Origin: a virus | Lineage: Duplodnaviria; Caudoviricetes | Direction: 5' to 3' (one strand) | DNA length: 55,119 nucleotides | Virus record (IMG/VR): IMGVR_UViG_3300013120_000254 | Coordinates: 1 to 55,119 of that record | Shown: positions 45,449 to 53,989 of the stretch, in pieces | Numbering within the stretch: position 1 is the stretch's first letter | Layout of the letters: every line of letters begins with the position of its first letter | Notes under the pieces: model-generated | What the model saw: only the letters and a program-made list of their open reading frames with translations | Database searches by the model: none | Told to the model about the DNA's origin: nothing | Position numbers and translations under genes: made by a program

Positions 45449-46620
45449 TGGGCGAGCCGCACGCACAGTGGAAGCACCGCACCCTGGAGGAGAAGCGCGC
45501 TAGGGCCATGGGCCGGGGCGTCGCCGCAGAGGACTGCATCAGCAAGAAGGTCCACGCCGGGCATCACAAGAGGGAAAGCCACTGGACCTACTGGTATCGC
45601 ACCGATCGAGGCGATCCGCCTCGGCATATATGCGGCGCTCGGCTCAAGTACAGCGAGGGGAAGCGGCGTTGCGGTCAGGCTCCGCCGGGTCTCTACAAGA
45701 ACGGCCGGTGCAGGCTCCATGGAGGCACCAACCCCGGCGGCCCGCCCAAAGATGGCAAGCACTCCATTCTCCGTGGGCCCCTGGCCGACGCTCTCAGCCG
45801 CGTCGAGGAGGACAAGAACCTCCTGGACCTGCGCGCCGGCATCGCGCTGCTGGACATGCGCCTCGAAGACCTCTCGACCCGGATGGACGTGGGGGACTCG
45901 CCCATGTGGCGCCGTCGTGTGCGACGAGCCATCAAGGACATCGAGCAGGCGCGCAAGGACCGAGACACTGAAGAGGCGGCCTTCCGCTGGGACACGCTGG
46001 TCGAGATCGTAGAGGCGGGCTGCGATGTTGACCAGGCGTGGACCGACCTGGTCAAGGCGAACAAGGACCGCGCCGCCAGAGCGGAGAAGGCGGCTGACTT
46101 GGCCATCAAGAGCGAGACGATCATCCGCCCCGCACAAGTCCAGGCTCTCATGTACCGTGTGATCACGCTGCTCAATGAAGAACTGCCTGAAGCTCTCGCT
46201 GCCCGAATCTCAACTCGCATTGTTGAGGACGTCCTGGACGGCCGCCTTGCACGATCACGCGAAGCGGAACAGATCGAAGGAAGTCCGGTACTACCCGGAG
46301 TACAGGGGGAGGGAGCTGGACTTCGTCCACGAGGTTCTGGGCGAGAAACCGTGGAAGTTCCAGCGCGTACTGTTGAGGCAACTGTTCACCAACGGGAAGG
46401 TGACAGCGAGGACGAGCCACGGGCCGGGGAAGACAAGGGGAGCAGCGATGGCGGTGCTGTCCTTCCTGGCGACGCGGAAGGACGCGGTGGTGGTGACGAC
46501 GGCGCCGACGGGGCACCAGGTCAAGAACCTGCTGTGGGGGGAGATCGGGAGGATGCACGCCTCGGCGAAGCTCCCCCTGCCGGGCGAGCCGGACATGACT
46601 CAGCTCCGGATCGGCCCTAA
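45448..46620 (+). CDS. HGGxSTG-type protein, probable terminase small subunit
   Basis: ICGAR...CGQ...NGRCRLHGG motif; immediately upstream of and overlapping TerL. Confidence 0.65.
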   Translation: MGEPHAQWKHRTLEEKRARAMGRGVAAEDCISKKVHAGHHKRESHWTYWYRTDRGDPPRHICGARLKYSEGKRRCGQAPPGLYKNGRCRLHGGTNPGGPPKDGKHSILRGPLADALSRVEEDKNLLDLRAGIALLDMRLEDLSTRMDVGDSPMWRRRVRRAIKDIEQARKDRDTEEAAFRWDTLVEIVEAGCDVDQAWTDLVKANKDRAARAEKAADLAIKSETIIRPAQVQALMYRVITLLNEELPEALAARISTRIVEDVLDGRLARSREAEQIEGSPVLPGVQGEGAGLRPRGSGRETVEVPARTVEATVHQREGDSEDEPRAGEDKGSSDGGAVLPGDAEGRGGGDDGADGAPGQEPAVGGDREDARLGEAPPAGRAGHDSAPDRP

Positions 46621-47899
46621 GTGGTACGCTCTCGGCATCAGCACGGACAAGCCCGGCCGCTTTCAAGGCTTTCACGCTGGCTCCGAGGTTCCCGACGATC
46701 CGGACGCAGACGTAGACGTCGAAGCTGTCCAGAAGAGAGAGCTGAACGAGGAGCCCGAGGACATCGAGGTCGAGTTCAGCCCGGAGGAGATGAAGGAGAG
46801 GATCGAGCAGATCACTTCGGAGAGGCCTGAAGGCGGGCTGCTCTTCGTCTTCGACGAGGCCGCTGGGATTGATCAGAAAATCTACTTCGCCGCCAAGGGC
46901 GCGATGACCTCGCCGGAGACCTACGTGCTCCTGATCGGCAACCCCGACCTAGACCTGGCGGAGGACCACGAGTTCGTCAGGTCCCATGGGGATGGCAGCG
47001 AGTACGTGCGCATCAAGGTCGGGGCGGAGCCCAACGAGAACGATCCGCTCACGGCTGACTTCGAGTGGGACCACATTCCCAACTGGCTGGTCACCGACCT
47101 CTGGCTGGAGGAGCGCAAGCGGGACTACGGCGAGGGCACGCCGATCTACATGAGCAAGGTGTGGGCGCAGTTCGCATCGGGCGACGCCTCGTGCCGCGTG
47201 GTCCCCCACTCCCTCCTGCTGCAGTGCGAGAAGAACCAGCCCAAGGCTCACCTTGGAGCTCACATGGGAGTGGACGTCTCCCGGGAGGGCGGCGACTGGA
47301 ACTGCGCAACGCTGATGGTGCATGGGAAGGTGCGGGCCATGCACAAGTGGCGCACGCCGCCGGGCCACCCGTCCCCCCTGATGGCCGTGGCCAACACGAT
47401 CCTGGGCTTGCGCACCCACTGGGGCGAGGCCCTCGCTACTGAGCCGGACTTCGACATCGGCTTCCTCACCGAGGATCTCTGCATCCCGCTCAAGAACGTC
47501 CATGTCGACTCCATCGGGATCGGGGCTGGCGTGTGCGACCGGCTGCGCCAGCGGGGCTACCGCATCGACGAGGTCGATGTCTCGACCAAGCCGCGAGGCG
47601 AGTGGCGCGACCTCAACGGGGCGGTCGTGTTCAAGAACCGCCGAGCCGAGCTCCACTGGACAGCGCGCCGGGCAGCAGAAGAAGGCCTGCTCCAGATGGA
47701 CCGCTCCTACTCCGACGCCTGGCGTGAGGCTCAGTGGGCAGAGTTCGAGCACCGCGAGCTCGCCGCCGGCACCACCATCCAGGTCACGGCGAAGAAGGAG
47801 CTGAAGAAGGCCTACGGCCGCTCCCCCGACTGCTGGGACAGCGTGCTGCTGTGCTTCTCGCGGTCGGGGAAGAAGGCGATCTCGTTCCGGGCACGCTAG
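46175..47899 (+). CDS. terL: terminase large subunit (start uncertain; TTG 46247 possible)
   Basis: SHGPGKT Walker A, TAPT..QV...LW.EI, FVFDEA Walker B, IGNP, GVDVSREGGD, VDSIGIGAGV.DRL, GRSPD. Confidence 0.92.
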   Translation: MKNCLKLSLPESQLALLRTSWTAALHDHAKRNRSKEVRYYPEYRGRELDFVHEVLGEKPWKFQRVLLRQLFTNGKVTARTSHGPGKTRGAAMAVLSFLATRKDAVVVTTAPTGHQVKNLLWGEIGRMHASAKLPLPGEPDMTQLRIGPKWYALGISTDKPGRFQGFHAGSEVPDDPDADVDVEAVQKRELNEEPEDIEVEFSPEEMKERIEQITSERPEGGLLFVFDEAAGIDQKIYFAAKGAMTSPETYVLLIGNPDLDLAEDHEFVRSHGDGSEYVRIKVGAEPNENDPLTADFEWDHIPNWLVTDLWLEERKRDYGEGTPIYMSKVWAQFASGDASCRVVPHSLLLQCEKNQPKAHLGAHMGVDVSREGGDWNCATLMVHGKVRAMHKWRTPPGHPSPLMAVANTILGLRTHWGEALATEPDFDIGFLTEDLCIPLKNVHVDSIGIGAGVCDRLRQRGYRIDEVDVSTKPRGEWRDLNGAVVFKNRRAELHWTARRAAEEGLLQMDRSYSDAWREAQWAEFEHRELAAGTTIQVTAKKELKKAYGRSPDCWDSVLLCFSRSGKKAISFRAR

Positions 47900-48168
47900 G
47901 CCGTGGGCTTGCGGTCAGGTGACGGCATCGGCCGGTTGGGGAGGATCTTGTCCACCGTTGTCCCGCTCTCGTTCATCAGCAGAAGAAGCTGGTCCTCGGT
48001 CTTCCAGTCGATCGTGGCCATGTAAACGGCAAGCGCGCTCCCGTAGCGGAAGAGGCGAAGCCTGGACCTGTCGCCCATGGGGTCTTCAGCGATCGGGATG
48101 GGCTCAAGGTCGTACCAATCACACTGGTACGTAGACTCGCGGGATCCGCAAATGTGGCGGATGTACAT
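47896..48168 (-). CDS. hypothetical protein
   Basis: 90 aa, C-terminal LMNESGTTVDKI; AAAGGT upstream. Confidence 0.6.
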   Translation of the reverse strand: MYIRHICGSRESTYQCDWYDLEPIPIAEDPMGDRSRLRLFRYGSALAVYMATIDWKTEDQLLLLMNESGTTVDKILPNRPMPSPDRKPTA

Positions 48169-48331
48169 GCTGGCTACCTTTCTGTCTATGCGTGGCCGCC
48201 CCTACAGCGGCCTCAGCGCACCCTAGGGCCTCGCTCCACGTCCCGTCAAGAAAAATCACGCGCAAGGCGTTTGCACCCGGGTCATCTTCCGCTACAAGGG
48301 GTAGACCGAACCCCAACCGGAAGACAGCCTC

Positions 48332-48916
48332 ATGATCCGCGCCCGCTCCGAACTCCTCCAGCCCGACGTGGACGCCCTGCTGGCCACCTGCGGCCGGGGC
48401 AAGGCCGCCGCTCGGGACCGCGCCTTGATCCTCTTCCTGCGCATGACGGGCTGCCGGGTCTCCGAGGCCCTGGACCTGACAACCCGCGGCATCGACCGCG
48501 CCGCCCGCAAGGTCGTACTCCCCGGCACCAAGACCCGGGCCTCCAGCCGCGCCGTGCCGCTCCCTGAGCCCTTGCTCAAGGCGCTGGACACCTGGCTCGC
48601 GGAACGCGAGAAGCACGCCCCCGGGGCCGCTCAGGTCTTCTGCGCCGTGCGCAGGGGGAACGAAGGCGCTAGGCTGGACCGGAAGAAGGTCGATCGGATG
48701 CTGAAGCGTCGAGCCGCTGCCGCTGGCCTCGCCAAGCGCGTCCACGCCCACGCCTTCCGGCACGGGCTCGCTGCGGATCTGGTGCGGGCAGGAGCCCCCT
48801 CCGCAGCCATCATGTCGCAGCTCGGCCACGCTGACCTGCGCGTCACCACCCGCTACATCGGGCAGCTTGCCGCAGACGAGGCCGCTGCCACTGCGATCGA
48901 GGAGCTGTTTGGATGA
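48332..48916 (+). CDS. tyrosine recombinase, catalytic domain only
   Basis: TGCRVSEA (R), TKT (K), HAFRH (HxxR), LGH, TTRY (Y). Confidence 0.92.
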   Translation: MIRARSELLQPDVDALLATCGRGKAAARDRALILFLRMTGCRVSEALDLTTRGIDRAARKVVLPGTKTRASSRAVPLPEPLLKALDTWLAEREKHAPGAAQVFCAVRRGNEGARLDRKKVDRMLKRRAAAAGLAKRVHAHAFRHGLAADLVRAGAPSAAIMSQLGHADLRVTTRYIGQLAADEAAATAIEELFG

Positions 48917-49152
48917 AGATCACCGTTGAAGGAGCAGACAACGACTGGCGCGTGAGCGTGAACAAGGACGACGCAGTCCTGCGCTTTGCCGAAAGCCTCT
49001 GCGCCGATGAGGCCCTTGGGGTTCTCGCGGCGGTGCTTGACACGCGCTACTGCCTGGGCTGGCTAAAGACGCCCGAACAGCATGAAAGGCGGAAGCGCAA
49101 GATGGAGGAGGTTCGCAAGCGCAACAACCAGGAGAACGAAGATGGAACTTGA
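48913..49152 (+). CDS. hypothetical protein
   Basis: ATGA-coupled to recombinase. Confidence 0.65.
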   Translation: MKITVEGADNDWRVSVNKDDAVLRFAESLCADEALGVLAAVLDTRYCLGWLKTPEQHERRKRKMEEVRKRNNQENEDGT

Positions 49153-49261
49153 GAACTGGCAGCTCTGGCTGATCGGACTGACCGCCTACTGGCTCTTCCT
49201 GCCGCTCGCGTCGGCGGGGGTCGCAGCTGCGGGCAACCGTGTGAACCGAAGAAGGAGATAG
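49142..49261 (+). CDS. 39-aa membrane peptide
   Basis: MELENWQLWLIGLTAYWLFLPLASAGVAAAGNRVNRRRR; GGAG upstream. Confidence 0.5.
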   Translation: MELENWQLWLIGLTAYWLFLPLASAGVAAAGNRVNRRRR

Positions 49262-49265
49262 CTCC

Positions 49266-49385
49266 ATGCAGGAGTTCTGGAACGAGTTTGGGCCGGTGAT
49301 CAGCCTCTTCGTGGCGGTCGCCCTCCCCATCATGCTGACGATCTGGGCCGTTGGGGCCTGGGTGAGGAGCAAGGGAGATGGGTAA
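49266..49385 (+). CDS. 39-aa membrane peptide
   Basis: MQEFWNEFGPVISLFVAVALPIMLTIWAVGAWVRSKGDG; AAGGAG RBS. Confidence 0.55.
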   Translation: MQEFWNEFGPVISLFVAVALPIMLTIWAVGAWVRSKGDG

Positions 49386-49572
49386 GACCAAGACCGAGCT
49401 GATGCTCTGGATGGCCGAGCTCATCGGCGGGCTGATTGACCGCGGCGAGGTCGGGAGCCCAGTGATGAGCGTTGACTTCCCCAAAGGCGAGGTCGATGTC
49501 TGGGTCAACGAGCCCCACGCCTGCAAGATCACGATCATCGTGAAGCCCACCGTTGCGCTGGAGGAGAACTGA
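49378..49572 (+). CDS. hypothetical protein
   Basis: 64 aa, overlapping neighbours, RBS present. Confidence 0.6.
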   Translation: MGKTKTELMLWMAELIGGLIDRGEVGSPVMSVDFPKGEVDVWVNEPHACKITIIVKPTVALEEN

Positions 49573-49940
49573 TGGGCAAGCCGAAGCACACGCCCGGGCC
49601 GTGGGAAGCGTACGAAGCTACAGAGGACTGCCCGTTGCCCGCCGGGTGCCCGGTATCGGTGGGCACTGTAGTGGGACAAGGAACCAGGACATCCCTGGTC
49701 TGTGACATGCGCGCCCAAGGAGACAGCGAGTACAGCCCAGAGATTACCTGGGCCAACGCCCGCCTGATCGCGGCGGCGCCGGAGATGTTCGAGGCGCTGG
49801 AAGCCGCGCCACCTGGCAATCACAGCGGACACTGGGACCGCGAAGGCACCCACGGCGCGAACTGCCCAGCCTGCATCGAGTACCGAGAATGGCGCGAGAA
49901 GGTGCGCGCCGCCCTCGCCAAGACCAGGGGAGAAGACTGA
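49572..49940 (+). CDS. hypothetical phage protein (HTPGPW...ANARLIAAAPE family)
   Basis: recognisable recurrent phage motifs. Confidence 0.8.
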   Translation: MGKPKHTPGPWEAYEATEDCPLPAGCPVSVGTVVGQGTRTSLVCDMRAQGDSEYSPEITWANARLIAAAPEMFEALEAAPPGNHSGHWDREGTHGANCPACIEYREWREKVRAALAKTRGED

Positions 49941-50062
49941 TGGACGACAAGCCCCTCGGCGCCTGTGCAGGCGTCTTCGCCGCCATCCTGGCAGCTGTGA
50001 TCACGGCCGCCCTGGCGGCTGGCCTCTGCTACCTACTTGCAGTCTGCTTCCTGGGGCCCTAG
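49940..50062 (+). CDS. 40-aa membrane peptide
   Basis: TGATG coupling; MDDKPLGACAGVFAAILAAVITAALAAGLCYLLAVCFLGP. Confidence 0.5.
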   Translation: MDDKPLGACAGVFAAILAAVITAALAAGLCYLLAVCFLGP

Positions 50063-50179
50063 CTTACGGAGGTCAATCCGGGCGGTGATGTGCCCTGGCT
50101 GCGGCGTGCGGCTGAGCCCTCGGGCTCCGGTTGGGGAATCGGACGGGCGCACCACCAACCGCTTGGCTTGCTCCTCCTA

Positions 50180-50212
50180 GAGCCCGCCGGTTTCCTCATG
50201 GCCGGCGGGCTC
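50180..50212. terminator. 11-bp perfect hairpin
   Basis: GAGCCCGCCGG-N11-CCGGCGGGCTC. Confidence 0.45.
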
Positions 50213-50332
50213 GCCTACTGCAAAGGGCGCGCAGCCGTTAGCTCCAACAGCTACGCGCCCAGGCGGTTCCCTCCAAGGCTTCAGCCTCGGTCGCGCTCGT
50301 CACCCTAGACCGAGCTCGAAGATCCGACTAGC

Positions 50333-50417
50333 AAGTTTCAATACGTAAGTGAAAGAGGGGGGGCAGGGGGTCCCGGAAAGTTTCAATACGTAAATGAAAA
50401 GAGGGGGGGTGGGGGTC
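50333..50417. repeat. two near-identical ~40-bp direct repeats with internal dyad and G-tracts
   Basis: AAGTTTCAATACGTAA(G/A)TGAAA(A)GAGGGGGGG(CA/T)GGGGGTC at 50333 and 50378. Confidence 0.9.
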
Positions 50418-50801
50418 GTGGAATCACGGCCTCACTAAGTAGGGGGTAGGGGGCCGGAAAACCGGGGCATTCCACGGCTCCGGCCTAGGGCGTAGAGGCC
50501 CTTAGCACTTCGGCGTAGAAGTCGGCCCCCTCGCAGGATGTCGCATTCCACGAAAGGCCCTCGGGCACGACGCCCGGCATGATGCCAAGCCGACGGCATC
50601 AGCGGAATCGGGCGGAAATTCGGGCCTTTTTCTTTTCCGGCCCTAAGTCGGGCCGCGCAAGGGGGTTGCGCCCATTCTCTAAAATTGGACCCAATTTCTA
50701 GGGTACGGATCGGCTGCGCGGACCGTTAGAAGGGGGCGAGGCCCCGCTCTCGCGAGGCCCGGACTAGACCGATTCCCCAACCCACAACCGCACACCCCAC
50801 C

Positions 50802-51848
50802 ATGTCCAACAAAGTCACACCGACTCAACTCGCGGCCCTCCTGGCCAAGACAATCCCCTCCGGCCTGCCCGTCCTGATTGTCGGCGCGCCGGGATGCGGC
50901 AAGACGGATATCAGCCGGCAGGGCGCGGCCCTCGCCGAATCCGACTTTATGGTTACGCACCCCGTCGTCAGCGACCCCACCGACTTCAAAGGCCTCCCCG
51001 CCCAAAAGCCGGGGGGAGAGGAAGCGACCTTCCTTCCCTATGGCGACTTGGCGCGGATGCTGCGCGCTACGTCCCGGCTCACGGTCCTGATTGATGACAT
51101 AGGACAAGCGACGCCGGCCGTACAGGCGGCCTGTATGCAGCTGCTCCTGCTCCGGGAGATCGACGGGAGGAAGATCCCCGATTGTGTGACGTTCCTGGCG
51201 GCATCGAACCGCCGGACCGATCGGGCCGGAGTCTCCGGCATCCTCGAACCCGTCAAGTCTCGATTCCTCACGATTGTAGAGCTTGAGCCTACCCTGGCCT
51301 GCCTGATCACTCACGCCGAGACTCGGCCCGATCTCTTCCCCGTCGAGATGATTGCCTTCTGGCGGTTCCGCGAAGAGCTCGTTTTTGCCTTCGAGCCTTC
51401 GGCCGACATGACGAATAGCCCCGTTCCCCGGACCTGGCGGAACGTGGCCACAATCCTCGGTCTAGGCTTCGATCCGGCCCTGGAACACATCGCCATTGCC
51501 GGCGCCATCGGTGAAGGCGCCGCAGCCGAGTTTATCGGCTTCCTTCGTCTGTTCAGGGACCTCCCCGACCCTGATGGGATCCTCCTGGCCCCGAAGGATG
51601 TGCCTATCCCTGACTCCCCCGCGGCCCTGTACGCAATCGCTACGGCCCTCGGTCGCAAGGCGTCCAAGACTTCCTTCGGCCCCATCGCAACCTACGCGCA
51701 ACGCCTGATCGACGCCGGCCAGGGCGACTTCGGCGTCCTGCTGGTCCGCGACTGCGTACGGCGCGCCCCTGAGGTGCAGCACACCCGCGCATTCATCGGC
51801 CTCGCCCAGGGCGAGCTCTCCGAGATCCTCACCGGCGCGAACGCCTAA
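50802..51848 (+). CDS. MoxR-like AAA+ ATPase
   Basis: GAPGCGKT, DPTDFKGLP, VLIDDIGQA, AASNR, SRF, PRTW. Confidence 0.9.
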   Translation: MSNKVTPTQLAALLAKTIPSGLPVLIVGAPGCGKTDISRQGAALAESDFMVTHPVVSDPTDFKGLPAQKPGGEEATFLPYGDLARMLRATSRLTVLIDDIGQATPAVQAACMQLLLLREIDGRKIPDCVTFLAASNRRTDRAGVSGILEPVKSRFLTIVELEPTLACLITHAETRPDLFPVEMIAFWRFREELVFAFEPSADMTNSPVPRTWRNVATILGLGFDPALEHIAIAGAIGEGAAAEFIGFLRLFRDLPDPDGILLAPKDVPIPDSPAALYAIATALGRKASKTSFGPIATYAQRLIDAGQGDFGVLLVRDCVRRAPEVQHTRAFIGLAQGELSEILTGANA

Positions 51849-51896
51849 AGCTCCGACCATTCCCCGACCGATAGAACGCACAACCCACCCCAACCG

Positions 51897-52805
51897 ATGA
51901 ACCCCACCACTACCACCAACCCCACCGACGTCCACACCCGCGCTATGTTGATCAAGGCTACCGTCTCCGTCTGGGACGCGCGCCGACTCGACAAGCGGGT
52001 CACCGAGGAAACGAACGAGGCCCATGGCGCCGCGAAGGAAGCCGGCCGATATCGAAAGCACCTCCTCGGCGGCCCGAAGGAAGCCGCGACGCACGCCGCG
52101 GCCCTCGCGGCAGGCGCGGCATTCCGCGAGGCCCTGAAGGGGGAGACTCTCCCCTGGACGGACAAGGGAGTCCGGCTCCTGCCGACGGCCAACTACAGCC
52201 GGTGCGTTGACGCGATGCGAGCGGCCCGTAGGCGATTCCTCGACGCGGTTGAGGCTTTCCTGCGCGACTATCCGGCCCAACGGGACCGGGCTAAGGCCCT
52301 CCTCAATGGAATGTACCGCGAGGAGGATTACCCTACGGTCGAAGAGCTGCGCGACCGATTCTCCTGCTCTCTCGACTTCAGCCCCCTCCCCGCGCGGGGA
52401 GACTTCCGCATTGATCTCGGCGCCGAGCAAGTCGAGGAGATCGAACGAGCCACCGAGGAGCGGATCCGCGACGCTACGGCCAAGGCGGTTCAGGATGCTT
52501 GGCACCGACTGCGCACCGTAGTGGCCAAGCTCAAGGCGCGGCTCTCGGAGCAGAAGCCGGACGGCAAGTCTCCCAGGTTCCACGATACGCTCGTCGGCAA
52601 CGTTGGCGACGTTTGCGACGTCCTGGGCCGGCTCAATGTCACCGACGATCCGGCCCTGGAGGAGATCCGCGCCAAGGCAAAGGCGGAGCTTGCGACCCTG
52701 GACCCCGAAACCCTGCGCAAGGCTCCTGCCGCGCGTCAGGCGGCAGTGAAAACGGCCGGTGGCGTCCTGGACCGTCTCGCCGAGCTCTATGGGGGTGGGC
52801 AGTGA
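51897..52805 (+). CDS. DUF3150-like helical protein
   Basis: SVWDARRLD, TLPW...GVRLLP, EDYPTVEELRDRF; position between AAA and VWA genes. Confidence 0.6.
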   Translation: MNPTTTTNPTDVHTRAMLIKATVSVWDARRLDKRVTEETNEAHGAAKEAGRYRKHLLGGPKEAATHAAALAAGAAFREALKGETLPWTDKGVRLLPTANYSRCVDAMRAARRRFLDAVEAFLRDYPAQRDRAKALLNGMYREEDYPTVEELRDRFSCSLDFSPLPARGDFRIDLGAEQVEEIERATEERIRDATAKAVQDAWHRLRTVVAKLKARLSEQKPDGKSPRFHDTLVGNVGDVCDVLGRLNVTDDPALEEIRAKAKAELATLDPETLRKAPAARQAAVKTAGGVLDRLAELYGGGQ

Positions 52806-53968
52806 GCACTCCCGCCAAGAAAGTCGCGCAAGCGCGAACGGCTCTCCTCTTGGACCAGCCGTTCTTCGGGACCTTGGCGCTCAGGCTCCGTCTTGTCGAG
52901 GATCCCTCCCAACCGACGGCTTGGGTTGACGGCAAGACCCTGGGATTCAATCCCGACTTTATCGAGAGCCTGAGCCACGCCGAGACCGTCGCGCTCCTGG
53001 CCCACGAGGTTATGCATTGCGCGTCCGGCCATCCCTGGAGGCGTGAGGGCCGCAACCCCCGGAAGTGGAACGTCGCTTGCGACTACGCCATCAACGGGAC
53101 CCTGCAGGAGGCCCACTTTCAGCTCCCCGCCGGAGCGCTCCTGGACCCCGCCTACACTGGCAAGCCGTCGGAGTGGATCTACGACCGGCTGCCAGACTCC
53201 GGCGAAGGGGAAGGCCCTGAGGGCGACGGGGAAGGCTCGGGTGACGGGCCCCCCAACCCCCTGGGGGAGGTGCGAGATGGGCCCGAGGAAACGGACCCGC
53301 GCGCCAACCCTCAAGACGATTGGAAGGCAGCCGTTACGCAAGCTGCCAAGGCAGCCGAAGAGCATGGTTCGCTCCCCGGGAGCCTCAAGCGCCTGGCGAA
53401 GGATGCCTCCAAGTCGCGCGTCGATTGGAAGTCGGTGCTTCGGCGGTTCATTCAGGACGTTGCAGCTGCGGACTACTCCTGGACCCGCCCCAACCGGCGC
53501 TACCTGAATCAGGGCCTCTACCTCCCGGCCCTTCACTCCGAAGCTATGGGCCCGATCGCCGTGGCCGTCGATACGTCGGCGTCGATTGATGACGTCCTGC
53601 TGGGCCGTTTCGGCGCGGAGCTCCGCTCGATCGTGGACGAGGCTAAGCCGGCCCGAGTCTCCGTGATCTATTGCGACGCGCGGGTGCAGCGGGTCGATCA
53701 CTTCGCAGCCGGCGAACCGATCGGGGAGCTTGACTCCCCCGGGGGCGGAGGAACCGCCTTTGAGCCGGTATTCGAGGCCCTCCAGGACATGGAGGAAGAG
53801 CCGGTTTGTCTGGTCTACCTGACGGACCTGGAAGGCTCGTTCCCCTCCCCCGCGCCCGAGATTCCGACCCTTTGGGCCGCTGTTCTCTCCCCCTGGGCCG
53901 CAAGGGCCGGGCGGAGTCTCCCTGATGCTCCCTTCGGGGAAGTTGTCGAGATTGAGGACCGCTCCTGA
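52802..53968 (+). CDS. DUF2201-type metallopeptidase-VWA protein
   Basis: PFFG, TAWVDG, AHEVMH (HExxH), WNVACDYAIN, VDTSAS (MIDAS), GGGGT.F, YLTDLEG. Confidence 0.88.
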   Translation: MSTPAKKVAQARTALLLDQPFFGTLALRLRLVEDPSQPTAWVDGKTLGFNPDFIESLSHAETVALLAHEVMHCASGHPWRREGRNPRKWNVACDYAINGTLQEAHFQLPAGALLDPAYTGKPSEWIYDRLPDSGEGEGPEGDGEGSGDGPPNPLGEVRDGPEETDPRANPQDDWKAAVTQAAKAAEEHGSLPGSLKRLAKDASKSRVDWKSVLRRFIQDVAAADYSWTRPNRRYLNQGLYLPALHSEAMGPIAVAVDTSASIDDVLLGRFGAELRSIVDEAKPARVSVIYCDARVQRVDHFAAGEPIGELDSPGGGGTAFEPVFEALQDMEEEPVCLVYLTDLEGSFPSPAPEIPTLWAAVLSPWAARAGRSLPDAPFGEVVEIEDRS

Positions 53969-53989
53969 TTCCCCAACCCACCTAGACCG

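Noticed and set aside
46680-46835. Intein in TerL (and in DnaB)
   Set aside because: No C/S-start...HN-C/S/T splice motifs; DnaB is normal length
50106-50157. tRNA gene
   Set aside because: Too short, no T-loop TTC or D-arm consensus; kept only as a weak ncRNA candidate
50333-50417. Possible mini-CRISPR array
   Set aside because: Only two copies separated by 5 nt, no spacer-length unique sequence, no cas genes; the Cas4-like nuclease sits in an exo-ssb-bet module
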